A stretch of 64,000 bases of DNA from Atractiella rhizophila (GCA_021432655.1 MU271384.1:1-64000), one strand, 5' to 3'; counted from the first letter of the stretch, positions 42,671 to 56,367 are shown. Numbers and translations: made by a program. The notes: generated from the sequence alone by a model not told the origin.

Positions 42671-45600
42671 ATGTTTCCCGCGCCTTATACTCCCCCGTCA
42701 ACGCTAAAGGATATGCGCAACGCTCGTCGACAAAGTGTAGAAATCCCTCCCTATCCTCCTGCATATCCTCCCCACGCCAGCTCCTCAACTCCAAAGCCTA
42801 ATCCGAGCCCGAGCCTGTATAATAGTAGGAGTTTGAGCTTTAGTAGTAATGTTAGCATTGCAAGCGGAAGTGTTGGAGGGAATGGAAGGTTAGGTACTCC
42901 TGTAGAGAGATTTGCGTCCGGCGGTGTGGTTGGATCGGGAGAGGAGGAAGTGGAAGAAAAGGAGAGGGGCAGGAAAGCTGGTGGGTGGAGGGCAAGATGG
43001 AAAGGCAAAGGGAAGGAGAAAGCTGAAGAACAGGACTGTGAGTTATCTCGATCTTCTTTGACATGCCTGAGGGCAGGTTGCGTTCCAATCAAGTTTAGTC
43101 TTGTGTTGTACCATCTTTATTCTTAGAGAGCGTGTGCTGCTCAGTGGATTTTTATATTTCAAAAGGCATAAGAGGTGTGGCAGCTCCATTCCTCAAGGGA
43201 TGAGGCACGCCCGGCCTGTCTTTTCGGCTTCATGCTAAGCCAGGGGTTCCTTAGCCTTAGCCACGACGAAATCTCTTTCACCTGTATTTGACTGCCCCTT
43301 CTCGCTTTCTGCATCTCGCATGTTGGGCTGAAACGATGCAAACCTGTGCGAAAGAAGGAAGGGTCAGTGGGACAGCACAGCTGGAACGTGTCTCCTTTTG
43401 GGAGAAGAATACCGTGCTTGTTTCATACTCCAGTTATTGTTCTTGTTGTTCCTTCTGCGCAGGCTCGCTTGCCTGTATCCGGCAATTCCTCCATCATAAA
43501 AAGTCACAGTGGCAGTATTTGCCAATTAACGTTATAGCACACTGGAAATATCTCGAATCCATTCAGAGACAGTACTCAATTTCTGTTCATCCTGTGCAAG
43601 GAGGAAAACCAGGGGAAGAACGTAGCCTGGCGTTGGAAGTTGTCCTACTCTTCCTCCCGTGGCAACACCTTCTCCATCCGATAGCGATTGTTGTTATTTT
43701 AAAGGGAGGGAATTCATCGCTGTAATGTGTCAACGAATCAGAGTTCAAACCAGGGAAAATACCAGAGACCTACGCAGAACAAAAGGCCAAGATCTCGGGG
43801 ATGAGGAGCATTTGCTGCGGCACTGATAAACTTCCCCGTTCGACAATGAGCTCAAACCCTTCTTCGCTGAATTCAGAGTGCCTTATCACTACATTGTTTG
43901 AGAATCATTTCCCGTATCGCCCAAGAGAGCAGGTCATCTCGGTTCTTCTTAGGGAGCTTAGTGAAACGCTACCACGGTTGTTATGTCTCACGTTGTTTCA
44001 AATTTCTGTCTCGTTTGATGTGCTGCAAGCGTTTGTCACATAGTGAGTTTTGTTGGTGGAGAAGGAAGGTAGGACCCCAGAAACTCTTCTGTCCCTCATC
44101 TGGAGGAGAAAGCGGCTGGTTGTTGGCCGTTCCCTGAAGCATATCTTCAGCGGCGCTCACACCCAATACTGATGTTGGCTTATTCGGCCGGTCTTCCTCC
44201 CTGTTTCTTAGCTTTGATGCACACCGTTGGAATATCTTGCAGATGACAGCTTTGGTACATCGACATTCGAACCAAGGGAGAGAGAGTAGAGTGCACACCA
44301 TTTGGGAAGGCCAACCTTCCTTAGCCGGGCAGCTGAGGAGCAATCTGTGACTTGTGACTGCCAGGTTTTGCCTTTGAAATTGTTCGTAACCATCATCGGT
44401 CCGCGCTCTCCTTCATTTATGCGAATCCCTTTTTCAGTCTTCTCATCGGGACATGTCGACTATTGTGAGCAACTTGACGCTTTGAATCGCGGTGAGATGT
44501 TTCGGGCCGTCTTCAAATTTGTTATCATCCATCCCGGCGAACCTTCCCTTCGCAGCTTGTTTGAAATCTCCACAGCGTCAGAGTTACCTTGACCATCTGC
44601 TGACTGTTACAGAGATCTCAAAGTTCTGTTACTTCTTGGCGCGCCATCAAAACTAATCAGCACAGACTAACTTCATTCTTACTGTAGCACGTCCCCTTCG
44701 GATAGCGTCTTCTGCGTCCTTGCAGTCGCAATTCGAACCTACAATTATCGTCGACCACCCTCCACCTTCGCCTTCTCGACGATCGCTCAATGAGCGTAAA
44801 GAACGCCCGCTTCCACCACTTCCGCCGCCCGAGTCAGAAGGATCTTATTCGACACAATCCACAATCTCATTCGCCGCCACTCCATCCACGTCTTCTCTAG
44901 AGCAGTCGGCCTCCGGCCATTCATCGAAATACATTTCCCGAGAAAACCTGTCCATACCTCGGGCCTCGCCTTGGTACCCTCACCCTCAAGATTCAGCAAG
45001 ACGAAAGAGTGAAGATTTACCTTCCCTGAGGATGAACATCACACCGCCTGGTTCTTCTCATGCTGCTCCGGAGGACGGTCAAGACCCAATATCTAGGCGC
45101 AAACGCGATCTACTAACCATCCAAATGCCAGTGGATCCTTGGACTTCTCATTCTGCCAACGCTGACAGGAAGCATAAAAGACGTTCTGCGACTTTATCAT
45201 CCATTTCTCCACCTACTCCCTTCCACGAACCAGAATTCCGACCTGCATGGCATCCCGAACAAGAAACATCCTCCCCTCGCTCGAGTCAGTCGAGTTCAAA
45301 CCCATCAACGTCCGATCGATCAAAGAAATCAAGAAAGGAAAAAATTGCCAATTTCCTGTTTCCAATCCCAAGCAGCGATCTCATGCTCAATCCAAATCCA
45401 AGTCCTGTCGTTCCAAAGCGAATGGTGGATGCGAAGAAGGCTCAAAGTCGACCTAGCTCTCTTGACTGGGGCTCAGGACCAAACAGGAACAGCTTTGTAG
45501 CTTCACCACAAACAATTGTGCGTTGTATTGCCTTCTGATATGACACATTCTGACATTATTTGGTAGCCCCTTACTCCAGACAAGACGGCTCTGCCGTCCC

Positions 45601-48600
45601 TAAACACGGCAATACCACAGGATGCTTCGATGCAATCGGGGCTCCTTTCCGCAATGACACCATCTGCTCCATCAAGATCATCGACCTTGCTGTCATTGCT
45701 GCCATTTCGCGCGACCAGCTCAGACCCATCATCGCAGATCCCCTCGGCGGAAACCGGTCCAGCTCTCCTTGCACTCACTACCCCAAGAGCAAACCCAGAA
45801 CTTGTGGATCCTCCCCCAATAACAGAACGGCCAAGGAAGACTTCAGCCAGCTTCGGTTTCCTGAAGAGAGTCCGCAGTTTTCGAGTTGATCGCGAACAGC
45901 AAGTTCAGTCAACTCAGAACGTGGAGAAGGAAAGCAGGAGATCGGAAGAACCTCTCCAAATTCAGGACTCGTCAGATGAGAAGATGTTGAATAAAAAGAA
46001 AAGCGGTCTAGGGCTTAACATCGCTTTCTTCGGCAAGAAAGTTGCTTCTCCTGCTCTTCCCGATCAGTATACCTCAGATGCGATTCCACCGTTCGAAGGA
46101 GACGCATTGGCAGGTTCCCCTCGCCATTCTCTTACGGTTCCATCCCTCTCAACGGTAGCCTTGCACGCCTCACCCTTGGAACTTTCTTTTTCACAGTTTG
46201 GCAAAGATTCTACAGAGGCTCAACTTATAAGGACAAAGAGTAACTCGTTTGACATTGCCATTCGACCGAGTTTACCAGAGATACCACCGAAAAGCAGTCA
46301 GCGTAAATCACTGTCGTTCGCGTCGTCACCGAAAGAAGATCCAATACGGTCTCTGCATCCACTAACTGCGCTCACGTCCCATCTCCCAACCTCTACCAGT
46401 TCTCCTAGCCTGCATGATGTTCAAGGTGGGTCAACTCCGCCTCCCACCCTAGGTCGCTCTGCCACCCGAATGGGAGAGGATGGAAGGAAACGGAGGAGCA
46501 ATAGTGTTGTTCTGCTTTCTGAGTTTGGGAAAGTTGGCGAACGGGACTTCGGCAGTTTGTTTGACAGCAGAGGGAAAGGCAAGCGCTCTAGAACAAACTC
46601 ACCCGCTGTCAACGGATCCTCCCCACGTCAGGGGACCAACTTTTCAAGCGTGACTAACTCTCCCACAGTGACAGCTGGGCTCACGACCATTGTTGGCTCG
46701 ATCATTGGATTCAACCATGGCAAGGCGAATTCATCCTCAACAAGTCTTCACGAAGATTTAGTCCCGCCTTCTCATCCAGATCCAGCCTCTACCAGAACTC
46801 CTCCACGCCCACCACCTATCAAGCGTCCCAGCACTGCAGGCCCTGAGCCGAGAATGCGATCAAAAAGCGGTCCTTTCGGCCCTTTTGCAGCCATCAGGAA
46901 TTCTACGTTCTTTTCTGGAAACAACGCTCCTATGTTTCCAAGACCTGCAGAAACAGAACAACCTTTAGATCACCTCGCAGTTCCGAATGCCTCAACTTCA
47001 ACGCCTCCCATTGACAACGGCATCAGCGTCCCACCCGCCGATCTGCCCCGTTCTCGCTCTTCAACCTCTTCAGATGCGATGCTCCAAAGCGCATTGCCAC
47101 CTAATCCAGATATTGAGGCTAAACGCTCGGCATCACCCATCCAGTTGATGCGTAAAACATCGCAGAAGATCCGCGCATCCACGTTTACCACTTCAGACCC
47201 TCCACATCCACCGCCCCTTGCAAAGCTGCCCGCTCCTATCCCCATTGAAACCGACGAGACACCTGTTTCCTACATTGCACGATTACAAATCACTGTCAGC
47301 AAGATGGAGGTTGCATCAATTCTGTCTTCGAGTACGGACCCATTCCATCTTGAAGCGCTGCAGACCTACATGAATCTCTTTGATTTCTGTGCGCTTCCTC
47401 TCGATATGGCGATACGGAAACTACTCCTAGAGTCACGCCTCCCCAGAGAAACTCAACAGATTGATCGCGTCATGGAAGCCTTTGCTAAAAGCTATGTTGA
47501 AGCCAATCCCACCCTTTTCTCGAGCCAAGATCACGCGTACATCCTAGCTTTTAGTTTGATCATGCTTCACACGGACGCGTTCAACAAGAGCAACAAGAAC
47601 AAGATGACAAAGGCAGACTATGTTCGTAATCTTTCCAAGAGTGTTGATGGCTTGGGCAAAGAAGTTCTCGAATACTTCTTTGACAACATCACTGCGACTC
47701 CCTTCGTTTACGGAGAAGACGACATCGACATTCACGGCGAGCCTTCTGTTGGCACTGGCCCCCAGTCCCCTTTCATAGGATCTACGAACATGTCAAGTGT
47801 GACTTCCAAAGACCGACCAAAGTCAGATCTTTACTACATGCTAGCTCACGAGCCTATGCTGTTACACGAGTTAAGGGCGGACGTGCAGTCCATTATTCCA
47901 CCAAAAAATCCATTTTCCTACACCGGAACTAACCCATTCTTCAACGCCTCTGACCTGCACGCCGCATTCTCGCGAGCGTACATCGTCCCTGTAGCCGTCT
48001 CCCCACAAGAGACAATTCCACTAAACCTCGGCGATTATATCCAGCCTGATCTTAACCTGATCGGATCCTTCTCGAACCTAAAAGTTGCGAAGGCTGGAAT
48101 TCTTAGTAGGAAGGAAGATTTAGTCGAAGGCGGAAAGAAGAGCACGTCGAGGAAGTGGAAAGCGTGGGGTGTGATTTTGACAGGGTCTCAATTGCTGTTT
48201 TTCGTAAGTGAAGGTCCGTTCGTTGTAATCGACGCTGACATTTTGCACACGTGTGTAGAAGGATTCTTCATGGGTCGAGGAGGTTGTGTCTCAGATACGT
48301 GTCAGCGACAGCAGCTTTGGGCACACAGAATTTGCGCCGGTTTCAGGATTAACGCCAGACGCAGTACTTTCCCTTGCTGACAGCCTCGCGCTGTATGATG
48401 CTGTGAGAGCCCTTAGCTTCAAAATCCTTTATTTCTAATTCCTTTGGTAGTCGTATGAACGACATCCCAACACCTTCAGGCTTATCACGAATAACGGAAG
48501 ACAATTCCTATTCCAAGCCGACAATGTGGAGGAGATGAATGACTGGTTAGCTTTCATTAGTGAGTGTCACTTATCCCTCATCTGTTTTATCCACTGACTC

Positions 48601-49844
48601 CGTTCACATAGACTACGCGGTAGGCCCGTTCAAAGGTTCAGTAAATTGTACTCACCTGGTGTTCAGGCAAGCTTCAAGACCGCTGGCGTTCGAATGCGCG
48701 ACATGTCAAACACCAATTTTCAGCGACCAATGTTTCCTTCCGAATACCTGGTGGACTTCCCGAAATCCTCTATGTCACCATCCGAAGACAGTACTCGGGC
48801 ACTAATGGATGCTCAACCATCCCCAACGCCGACACGATCATTTACCCATATCTTTCCGTCTGACCAACCTGAGTCTGATAATTTAGTGTATCAACGTTCT
48901 GTCTCATCAGACTTTCCTGCCATTCCGCCTGAATGGGGTCCCCGACTTTTATCCCGTTCAGAGATTCTGAGAAAAAAGATTTCAGACTTCGACAACGAGA
49001 TAGTTTTGATCAGAGCTTCCCTCCAAGCCGATCTGCGCCAGGTTCGGAATCTGGACATTTTGATGCCTCTGCTCAAGACGACGCGGGACAAGATCAGGGC
49101 TTTACTTCCTGCTCTTGAGAAAAAAATTCGGCATGGTCGAATAGAGTACGTTACCGCTTGGTTCTGCAAATTGTGCTAGGCTGATATTCCCCATTTATCA
49201 GGCTTAGTCGCGTCCATTGCTATCGCGAGGTGTTGATGAAGGACCTAATGGCGGAAGAAAGGGAGCTGAACAAATATCGACATTACAGAGCGGCGTCTAT
49301 TGCTAGGGCTAGATCCAAACTGCATTCTCGTCACTCATCGGCCACTTTCTCATTCCAATCTTCCACTGTAGAGCCAGAAGACAGCCCTCAAGCACCTTTC
49401 ATGTCCCAGGAAGAAGACCAATACGCGTCAGACGACGAAAATGAACGAAGGAGATTGTCGATTACACCCACGAATTTGAAACGCCGCAATACTGGAGATC
49501 TTCGGGATGTCCATTCGGATTCGAAGCGACTCTTGAAGCTCACTGTTTCAGCGACACCAACCTCGAGTAGCTTCCGGTCTCGTCTGCCATCTCACGACCT
49601 CCCTGCTTTTAATTCCCCGCTTCAATCTCCTGTTGCTTTCTCTGCCCGTTTACCCACCGAAAAGTCGTCCTTCGTTGCAGGGACACTTTCATCAGACATT
49701 ACCGTAGGGTCAACTTCAGCTCAACGATCCGAACAATCTGAGACCCTCGATTTGGATCTCAACATTAGGAAACTTGCGAAAATCCGTGAAGAAAGGGGTT
49801 CAGAGATGCTACGAGCTGGCATAGATGACACTGCGCGTGCTTGA
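42671..49844 (+). CDS. Sec7 + PH domain ARF guanine-nucleotide exchange factor (Syt1-like)
   Basis: Sec7 glutamic finger LPRETQQIDRVMEAF, LIMLHTDAFN, PH domain GILSRKED...KWKAWGVILTGSQLLFF. The exon 42671-43037 to 44688 junction stays in frame but is inferred across a 1650-nt intron. Confidence 0.85.
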
Positions 49845-50184
49845 GGATCCACTTCGCTTTTCTAACACGACTTGATTCCCAACAAGCCGTTGGGCTAACT
49901 ATTCATTCACTTTACTAACTCATCCATCAGAGTTCGGCGAACGTTTTCGCGCATGTCAGCAGTACCCTTAGTGCAGTGGGAAGTGGTAATTTATACGTTT
50001 CTTTTTATCGCTTGAAGAATTGTACCTATACCAACTTGGATGAATTGAACAAGAGTAATAGCAACCTCAGCGGTATGTACGGGGTGATCATATTGAATGG
50101 AAAGTGGAAAATGCCTAAAACCCAGAATCGACGAAGAAAGATAAGACTACATAGTACGAAAGGTGCATAGACATTTGGACCTGT

Positions 50185-53100
50185 TCAAAACTTCTGAAGA
50201 TGGGTCAACACCCTGCGCTCGTATTGCTCGAGATTGGCCGGACTGGCTGGCGGGGGACGTATCGGTTTCTTCAGACGGATAGAATTGCCCAGTCCACGAA
50301 GTCCTCCCTTGAGCTTCTCCACATCTGAATCTTCACTGACAGACGTTTTCTGCCTTGCGATATTATCTCCCAGTCCGGTTGTCCTTTCTTTCAAGAACTT
50401 CTTCCCTCGTTGTCCCGGTTCCCTGGCATTCTGAACGTCAGTATTGCCGACTGTTGCTCTATGCAGAGCAGGCAACATTTGTCCCATACTGTGTGTGCTG
50501 TTGCCTGAAAGACTTTCATTACTCGTTTGCGACGTTTTGCGGCTCCGCAGCTTCATGTCGTCCAAGGAAGGACGTGGCGCCGTCTTAAAGCTGTGATTAA
50601 TGGACGAGATGGTCATAATAGTTGAAGTCGAAGGAGATGGGAAGTGTCGGGGACCTTTTGGGGCGTAGTATCGGTAAGGACTGACAAATTCTGGATCTGC
50701 CTTCGTTTTGGGGGAAAGTGACCGTGTATTCCGCCTTGTCAAACCCTTGCGTGATTTCGTCAATTTTCCATTTGTTGACGTTGTGGACCGTCCTCGAGTT
50801 TTATCTTGTTCCATTCCAACTAGGAGGCGAGATGCGTCCTCAGGAACTTTGGGCGCCAGGTCCTGGAGAGGCAGCTTCCGGCTAGTGTTAAGGACCGTCG
50901 AGCTGATGCGAACCTCTTCCATGATTTCCTCGATCTCGTCTTCCTCTTCCCCTCCCTCATCCTCGTCCTCCGCCGCACCCTCCCCTTCGGCAAGATAGAC
51001 ATCTTGTGTGAGCTTCTCCAATTCTCTCATATCCTCAGGCGATATTGGCTTTTTATCTTCACCATCCTTCTTCAAACTTTCGCCCCTGATCAGTCGACTA
51101 GGAAGATGGAATGCTTTCTTCTTCTTACTCTTGCTCACAGCCAAAGCGGGCAAACTTTTTGCATCGATCACACTTGGAGATCTTTCGAGACCGCCTTCGT
51201 CTTCGCTTGCGGACGGGGTGTGCGCCAATGAGATCGGGCTGAGCTGTGGTGTGTTATGGAGACTGATTGGAGGATGAGGAGATTGTGGAGTCGGCCCTTT
51301 GACATTGAGAGTTGGGAACGAAGCGGGCTTAGGTTCCGTTATTGGTGAGGGAGTGACACTTGAATTGCTCCAGGACCATCGGTCCTTTTCCTTTTCATCT
51401 GCACAAGTCCTCACACTGGGCACTAATAGAGCCGGGCGAAGGTTCTGCTCAAAGGCGAACGGAGGGATGGTATAGAGTGGGGTTGGCGCTATGGAATATT
51501 GAGCAGTTGACACCGACGCGGCGCTACTCGCCAACCGCGCTGCATCGCCATAAAACGAAAGCGTCCGGTTTTCCTTGTCAGTCGTAGAGCTAGGCAAGTC
51601 CAAATCGCTCAAGCGGATCTTCTGCTTGCTCTTTCTTTTCACATTCCCACAGACCTTGTCCTTGTCCTCAGACCGGGGCTGTGGAAGACTATCCCCTACA
51701 TCCACGCCCTTCTGAGAGGTTACTCCGGCACTCAGCTGCCTCTCTTCTTCCGTTGCCAGCTCTTTCTGAACCTCAAGAATAGCCAAATCTTTCACGCTCA
51801 CTGGCGTAGAAACCGTTCTTCTATGTCTGCTAATTGGGAACCTCTCTGCAGCGCCATCGGTTCGCACAACCAAGGGCTGAACTGAAACGATTTCTTCTCT
51901 CTGTCCCGTTTGAAGCTCAACCGGAAACGCCAAGTCCGAGAACGTTTCTGATCGCGAAGAGGATAATGTGGAAATGGTAGACTGACGGTTGAGCTCCGCT
52001 ACCCGAGGAAGTATTGCCTGCATTGTTGTGTGCGTTTGCGGTTGTGGATGGCTTTCTGGAAGGTGAGATTGGGGTTGAACGACTGGTGGAGAGATGCTTG
52101 AGTGTTGTTGCGATTGGTGAGGGTCAGCTCGTGGACCGATAGGTCGGCGGAAGCTCATTTGCGAGGGATCAGTGAGAGGGAACACAGCGTGACTGGCTGG
52201 ATGGACATGCGCGACAGTGGATCGAGTAAGAATCTTTAAGCCTGCTCCACTTGTTGGTACATTAGATCCAATCGATCCCGCTGCCATCCCTGCCAGCGTG
52301 GTTGAAGGATTGGCCGTCCCGCTCGCCCTCTTCTCTTTCTCTTTCTCCTTCTCCTTCTCCTTAGCGTCCTCCTCCTCAAATACAGTCAAAGGGAACGGCA
52401 CCACCTTCCCAACATTCAAAGTGTCTTTTCCTGATCCGCCTACAGCAGTCGCAGCCGCAAAAAAGGTTTGGAATGTGTTTCCCTCATCCTTCTCCTTTAT
52501 TGGGCTGGCAAGCTTGAGAATCTTGTTTATCGAAGATTTCAAAGGGCTTTTTGGGGTCTCCACTCCAAACCCTGCCGTCGGCGAAGTAGGTTGCCCTTCC
52601 ATCACCATGTAAGACTTAGACTTTGACCGTGGTCGAGCTGTTGTCACTGTGGAGATGGCAGAAGTAGGAGAGAAGGGAAGAGGGTCAGAAGGCGTCCGCA
52701 TCTCTAACTTGAGCTGTGGGTGTTTAGATCCTGTCGAAACAGAAGGTAGACTGGTGTCCAGTTTAGGGAGACGCTCCGCCGACGAACGCATCGTTGCCTT
52801 GGAAGGCATTGAGGACGAGGGTTTGAAGGGAGGACGAACATAGGATTGGTTGGTAGCCATGGAATGAGAGGGTGATGTCTGCATGTAGGAGTGAGATTGT
52901 GAGTGGGAATGCGAGTTTCTGATTGAACCGGAGTTCGAATGAGAGTGAGAGTGGGAAGTGTCGCTATCGCTCCAACCCTGACTCCCTAGCAAGTACTCGT
53001 CGCCAAAATTCAACACTGTCGGGCGCACGTAAGGTATCTCCATTTTCTGGATGGTCTCTTCTGACATCCGTTTGGTTATCTCTGCCGAAGAGACATGCTT

Positions 53101-53469
53101 GGATGGTCGCCGTCGAGAATCAGTGGACAATTCTGACGAACTTCTCTCCCTTCCCTTCACTTTCTCCCTTTCAAAACTGTCCGCACGCTCCAGTTCCTTC
53201 ACTGGCGTCGGAGCTCCGGGACGCACGATTGCCTCTCCCTTCTGTTGCGTGAAGGCAAAAAACGGATTCACGGCAGGACGGACGCGTGGAACGAGGTTGA
53301 GATGACTTGAAGGATGTGTAGCTTGCTGAGAAGTGGAGGAGAAGGGTTGGGATTGGCGAGGACGGGCGACATAGCCTGCAGATGTGGAGGGGACAGTGGA
53401 AGGATGCTGAGGATTGTGGATCGAAGAATGAGAACGTGTTGATCGCAAAGGTGGAGATGATGAGGCCAT
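50185..53469 (-). CDS. Uncharacterised 1094-aa Ser/Pro-rich, probably disordered protein (single exon)
   Basis: 3.3-kb uninterrupted ORF with ATG. No domain recognised. Confidence 0.75.
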   Translation of the reverse strand: MASSSPPLRSTRSHSSIHNPQHPSTVPSTSAGYVARPRQSQPFSSTSQQATHPSSHLNLVPRVRPAVNPFFAFTQQKGEAIVRPGAPTPVKELERADSFEREKVKGRERSSSELSTDSRRRPSKHVSSAEITKRMSEETIQKMEIPYVRPTVLNFGDEYLLGSQGWSDSDTSHSHSHSNSGSIRNSHSHSQSHSYMQTSPSHSMATNQSYVRPPFKPSSSMPSKATMRSSAERLPKLDTSLPSVSTGSKHPQLKLEMRTPSDPLPFSPTSAISTVTTARPRSKSKSYMVMEGQPTSPTAGFGVETPKSPLKSSINKILKLASPIKEKDEGNTFQTFFAAATAVGGSGKDTLNVGKVVPFPLTVFEEEDAKEKEKEKEKEKRASGTANPSTTLAGMAAGSIGSNVPTSGAGLKILTRSTVAHVHPASHAVFPLTDPSQMSFRRPIGPRADPHQSQQHSSISPPVVQPQSHLPESHPQPQTHTTMQAILPRVAELNRQSTISTLSSSRSETFSDLAFPVELQTGQREEIVSVQPLVVRTDGAAERFPISRHRRTVSTPVSVKDLAILEVQKELATEEERQLSAGVTSQKGVDVGDSLPQPRSEDKDKVCGNVKRKSKQKIRLSDLDLPSSTTDKENRTLSFYGDAARLASSAASVSTAQYSIAPTPLYTIPPFAFEQNLRPALLVPSVRTCADEKEKDRWSWSNSSVTPSPITEPKPASFPTLNVKGPTPQSPHPPISLHNTPQLSPISLAHTPSASEDEGGLERSPSVIDAKSLPALAVSKSKKKKAFHLPSRLIRGESLKKDGEDKKPISPEDMRELEKLTQDVYLAEGEGAAEDEDEGGEEEDEIEEIMEEVRISSTVLNTSRKLPLQDLAPKVPEDASRLLVGMEQDKTRGRSTTSTNGKLTKSRKGLTRRNTRSLSPKTKADPEFVSPYRYYAPKGPRHFPSPSTSTIMTISSINHSFKTAPRPSLDDMKLRSRKTSQTSNESLSGNSTHSMGQMLPALHRATVGNTDVQNAREPGQRGKKFLKERTTGLGDNIARQKTSVSEDSDVEKLKGGLRGLGNSIRLKKPIRPPPASPANLEQYERRVLTHLQKF

Positions 53470-55272
53470 GTTAAGGTCTAGAAGACTGATAAGCTTTTGC
53501 TTCTCTTCTAACCAAAACTAACTGCACGCCGCAACAGCCAAATATGTTAAGGCACTGCTGAACGAGAATCAGGTTGCAAGAACAGAGATTACAAGGAGAA
53601 GGAATAAACCGCACCACTTGTGTCCGACAGTTCTTTCAGCCTCAGTCACGTCGTCGAAGTTTCCGCCACAGAGCTTTCTTTGGTCTGATGGAGTTGAAAG
53701 CTCAAGCCGCCTTCGGATCATCAGCAATAGATCGTCGAATGTGACCTGAAAACCAACCAACTGTAGACGCCACAGACTCGACTCGTCGTCTACTCCACAA
53801 AATTACGACTTGGAGGAAGAAAGGGAAAGCTTCGACTTACGTGGATCGTGGACCGTCCGAAGTCAATATAAACGAACGCAACCAAACTGCAGCGGGCAAA
53901 ATACGATCGAGGAAGCCGTACACTCCGCCGTCAAAGTTCGAGGTTATTCAGAGGCAAAAGTCCGACTGAACGGGTTGATAGTCCTGTCACAGTTGTAAAG
54001 ATGGTGAGCAGAAGTTGTTGGGTGTGAAAAGAACGAAAGTCGAACAGAGCACCTACGTTCGAATCAAAGTGGTGGTGATAAGCCAACTCGCTGAGCTAGC
54101 TTCTGTTTCTCAGCCTCCCCCAGATTTAGCAGCTGGTCGCAAAGGAGGAATTGGAGGTGAGAACGGAGGAACAGTCTTTTTGAAAATTCACTATTAAATC
54201 CGCGCTGCTTCTTCCAAACTCCAAGGTACGGTCCTCGTCAGTCGCGCGTGGAATGATTGTGTCAACTTCGAGCCGCCTAACTTATCAAAGATCCATCAGG
54301 CGTTTTTGAAGAAACAGCTGGTCCATCTCGGGCAATGAGCAGGCCGGTGGCACAATTAAAATATGAAAGGCAATCAAGGTGAATGGAGACCAGAGATCTT
54401 GTTCGGTTCAGGAGCCACAAATTGGGGAAGGGATTGGTAAGATTTCTTCGTGCTCTCTGTAATTCTCGCGTGTGTCATGTGGGGAGTTACTGTTATAATG
54501 CTGTCCTGCAACTTTCTTTGACAAAACGAAGAATACAATTGACATCGCCAAGCCGAAGTGCGTTCGGTATGAATGGTAGGCACATTGTACCAGGTGGTCG
54601 AAGCACGATTTAACACCGTCACGACGAAGAAACGTGAGCAATAGCATTCCAGCTTTAGAAATACGGCAGGACGCTTGGACTTCGGATGTTGTACAGGCTG
54701 TTGTGTGTAGGTTGTAGGTGGGCTTGATAGTCCCTAAATAACGGAGGGTTTTCAATTTTTGTGCATTCTTGAACTTGAATATTGCGACTAGATTACATAT
54801 TACCGTAGTATATTATGTAGTATTATTCTATTCCATAGTTTTACAAAGCAGCCCGAGCGCCTGTCTGGATGCTGATACCCAGTATCCTCCATTCTGGAGT
54901 AATACTTCAACGTGGGCAAGTAGACGAAAACATGTTCGCGAACATGGTGCAACAGGTGCACAAATTTATTTTCTTGAGCTTGTGTCCTAAGTAAGGTGTG
55001 CCCGTGTCTACTAGGTCCACATTAGGGAGCTTTTATCCTGGCGACAAGCTATTTAAGTTCATTCTTTCGCTTTTAACACCGATTTGAGAGTTGCCCACTT
55101 GAAAAGAGTGTTCCCAGGTGTTCCTTTCTTTCCTCTCTGCTGGTAGTAAGGCATGACATCAAACCCCTTAGCATCATTTCAAAGTCGTAAGAACCGTTAA
55201 CACCAATTGCAGTACAATTTCATCAGATCATCCCTCAAAAGCGTCATGCGTCAACCATTTTCGCCCAAAAAT

Positions 55273-56367
55273 TTACCCAAGCAACCACCAGAAGCCGATG
55301 ACACACGCCCAAGACGCCATAAAAACGGCACTCCAACTTCCTCCCTCCAATCCAGCAGCGCCGCTGCTTCCCTGAAGCTGTCCTGTCGCAATCGGTATGT
55401 AAGTGGTAGAGCCATCCACCACAGTCGGGCTGAGGGTGAGCAAGACAGTTTGGCCATTCACGACCGTCTGACTGACAGGAAGGAAGGTGGTGGTTCCACC
55501 TAAGACGGTCGGTTGGAGCGTCTGGAGGAAGGTGGAACCGTCGACGACGGTGGGAAGGACAATTGGAGTTGTTCCGGTCAGAGAGACTGCGCTCTAAGGG
55601 AATCAACAATCCACCGATCCAGTCAGTCATAACGTGAACAAGTCAAGAGCGAAGTGCGTTCACGTACCCCTTGCCCTGTGTTGATTGGGCCATTCGTTGG
55701 TCCGCCTGGTGCTCCTGTCGAAGGAGTCGAAGGGAGAGTCGAAGGAAGAGTTCCGCCTCCTACTGGAAAAGTGGGGAGAGTCGATGGGTTCGTGGATGGA
55801 AGAGTTCCGCCTCCACCTGCTGGAAAGGTTGATGGCGGGTTCGTAGATGGAGCCGTAGATGGGTTCTGTGGATTTGTAGGAGGTGGATTTGTAGAAGGTG
55901 GATTCGTGGGAGGAGGGTTGGTAGAAGGTGGATTGGTCGCAGGTGGGTTAGATGGTGGTTTCGTAGGAGGATTGGTAGAAGGAGGATTGGTCGAGGGCGG
56001 TTTCGTGGGAGGATTCGTTGAAGCACCCGATGCCTATTAGTTCAAGTGAGCAAGTTCTTCATCTTTCGAGACGACGTCCATACAGGATAAGTCAATAACG
56101 TGTCACGGACAAGAAGAAAGCCGAATGCCTATTGTCTGTCCTTGGAAAATCATGAAAGAATGGGAAACGCACAGGGATCGTCGTTAACGGATCACCACCA
56201 CCATTTGCAGGAAGAGTCGTGGATCCTGAATTTGAGTGGGAAGGTGCCGCTGGAGGGCCGAATTCGCTCGAAAGCTGACTAGGAACCCCTGGAGGAGCTT
56301 GCGGGAAACTGCGTGCAGGATGTGGTACAAGGAAGAAAATGAAAAAGAAAAGTACAAGCTGGCCCAT
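55273..56367 (-). CDS. Secreted Pro/Thr/Ser-rich, probably GPI-anchored cell-surface protein (paralog 1)
   Basis: Signal peptide MGQLVLFFFIFFLVPHPARS, NPP repeats, TVVDGSTT-type repeats, hydrophobic C-terminus ...GSSGA...CVIGFWWLLG. Confidence 0.8.
55850..56020 (-). repeat. Degenerate 12-15 nt coding tandem repeat encoding (N/K)PP(S/P/A)T units
   Basis: Translation reads NPPTKPPSTNPPSTNPPTKPPSNPPATNPPSTNPPPTNPPSTNPPPTNP. Confidence 0.85.
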
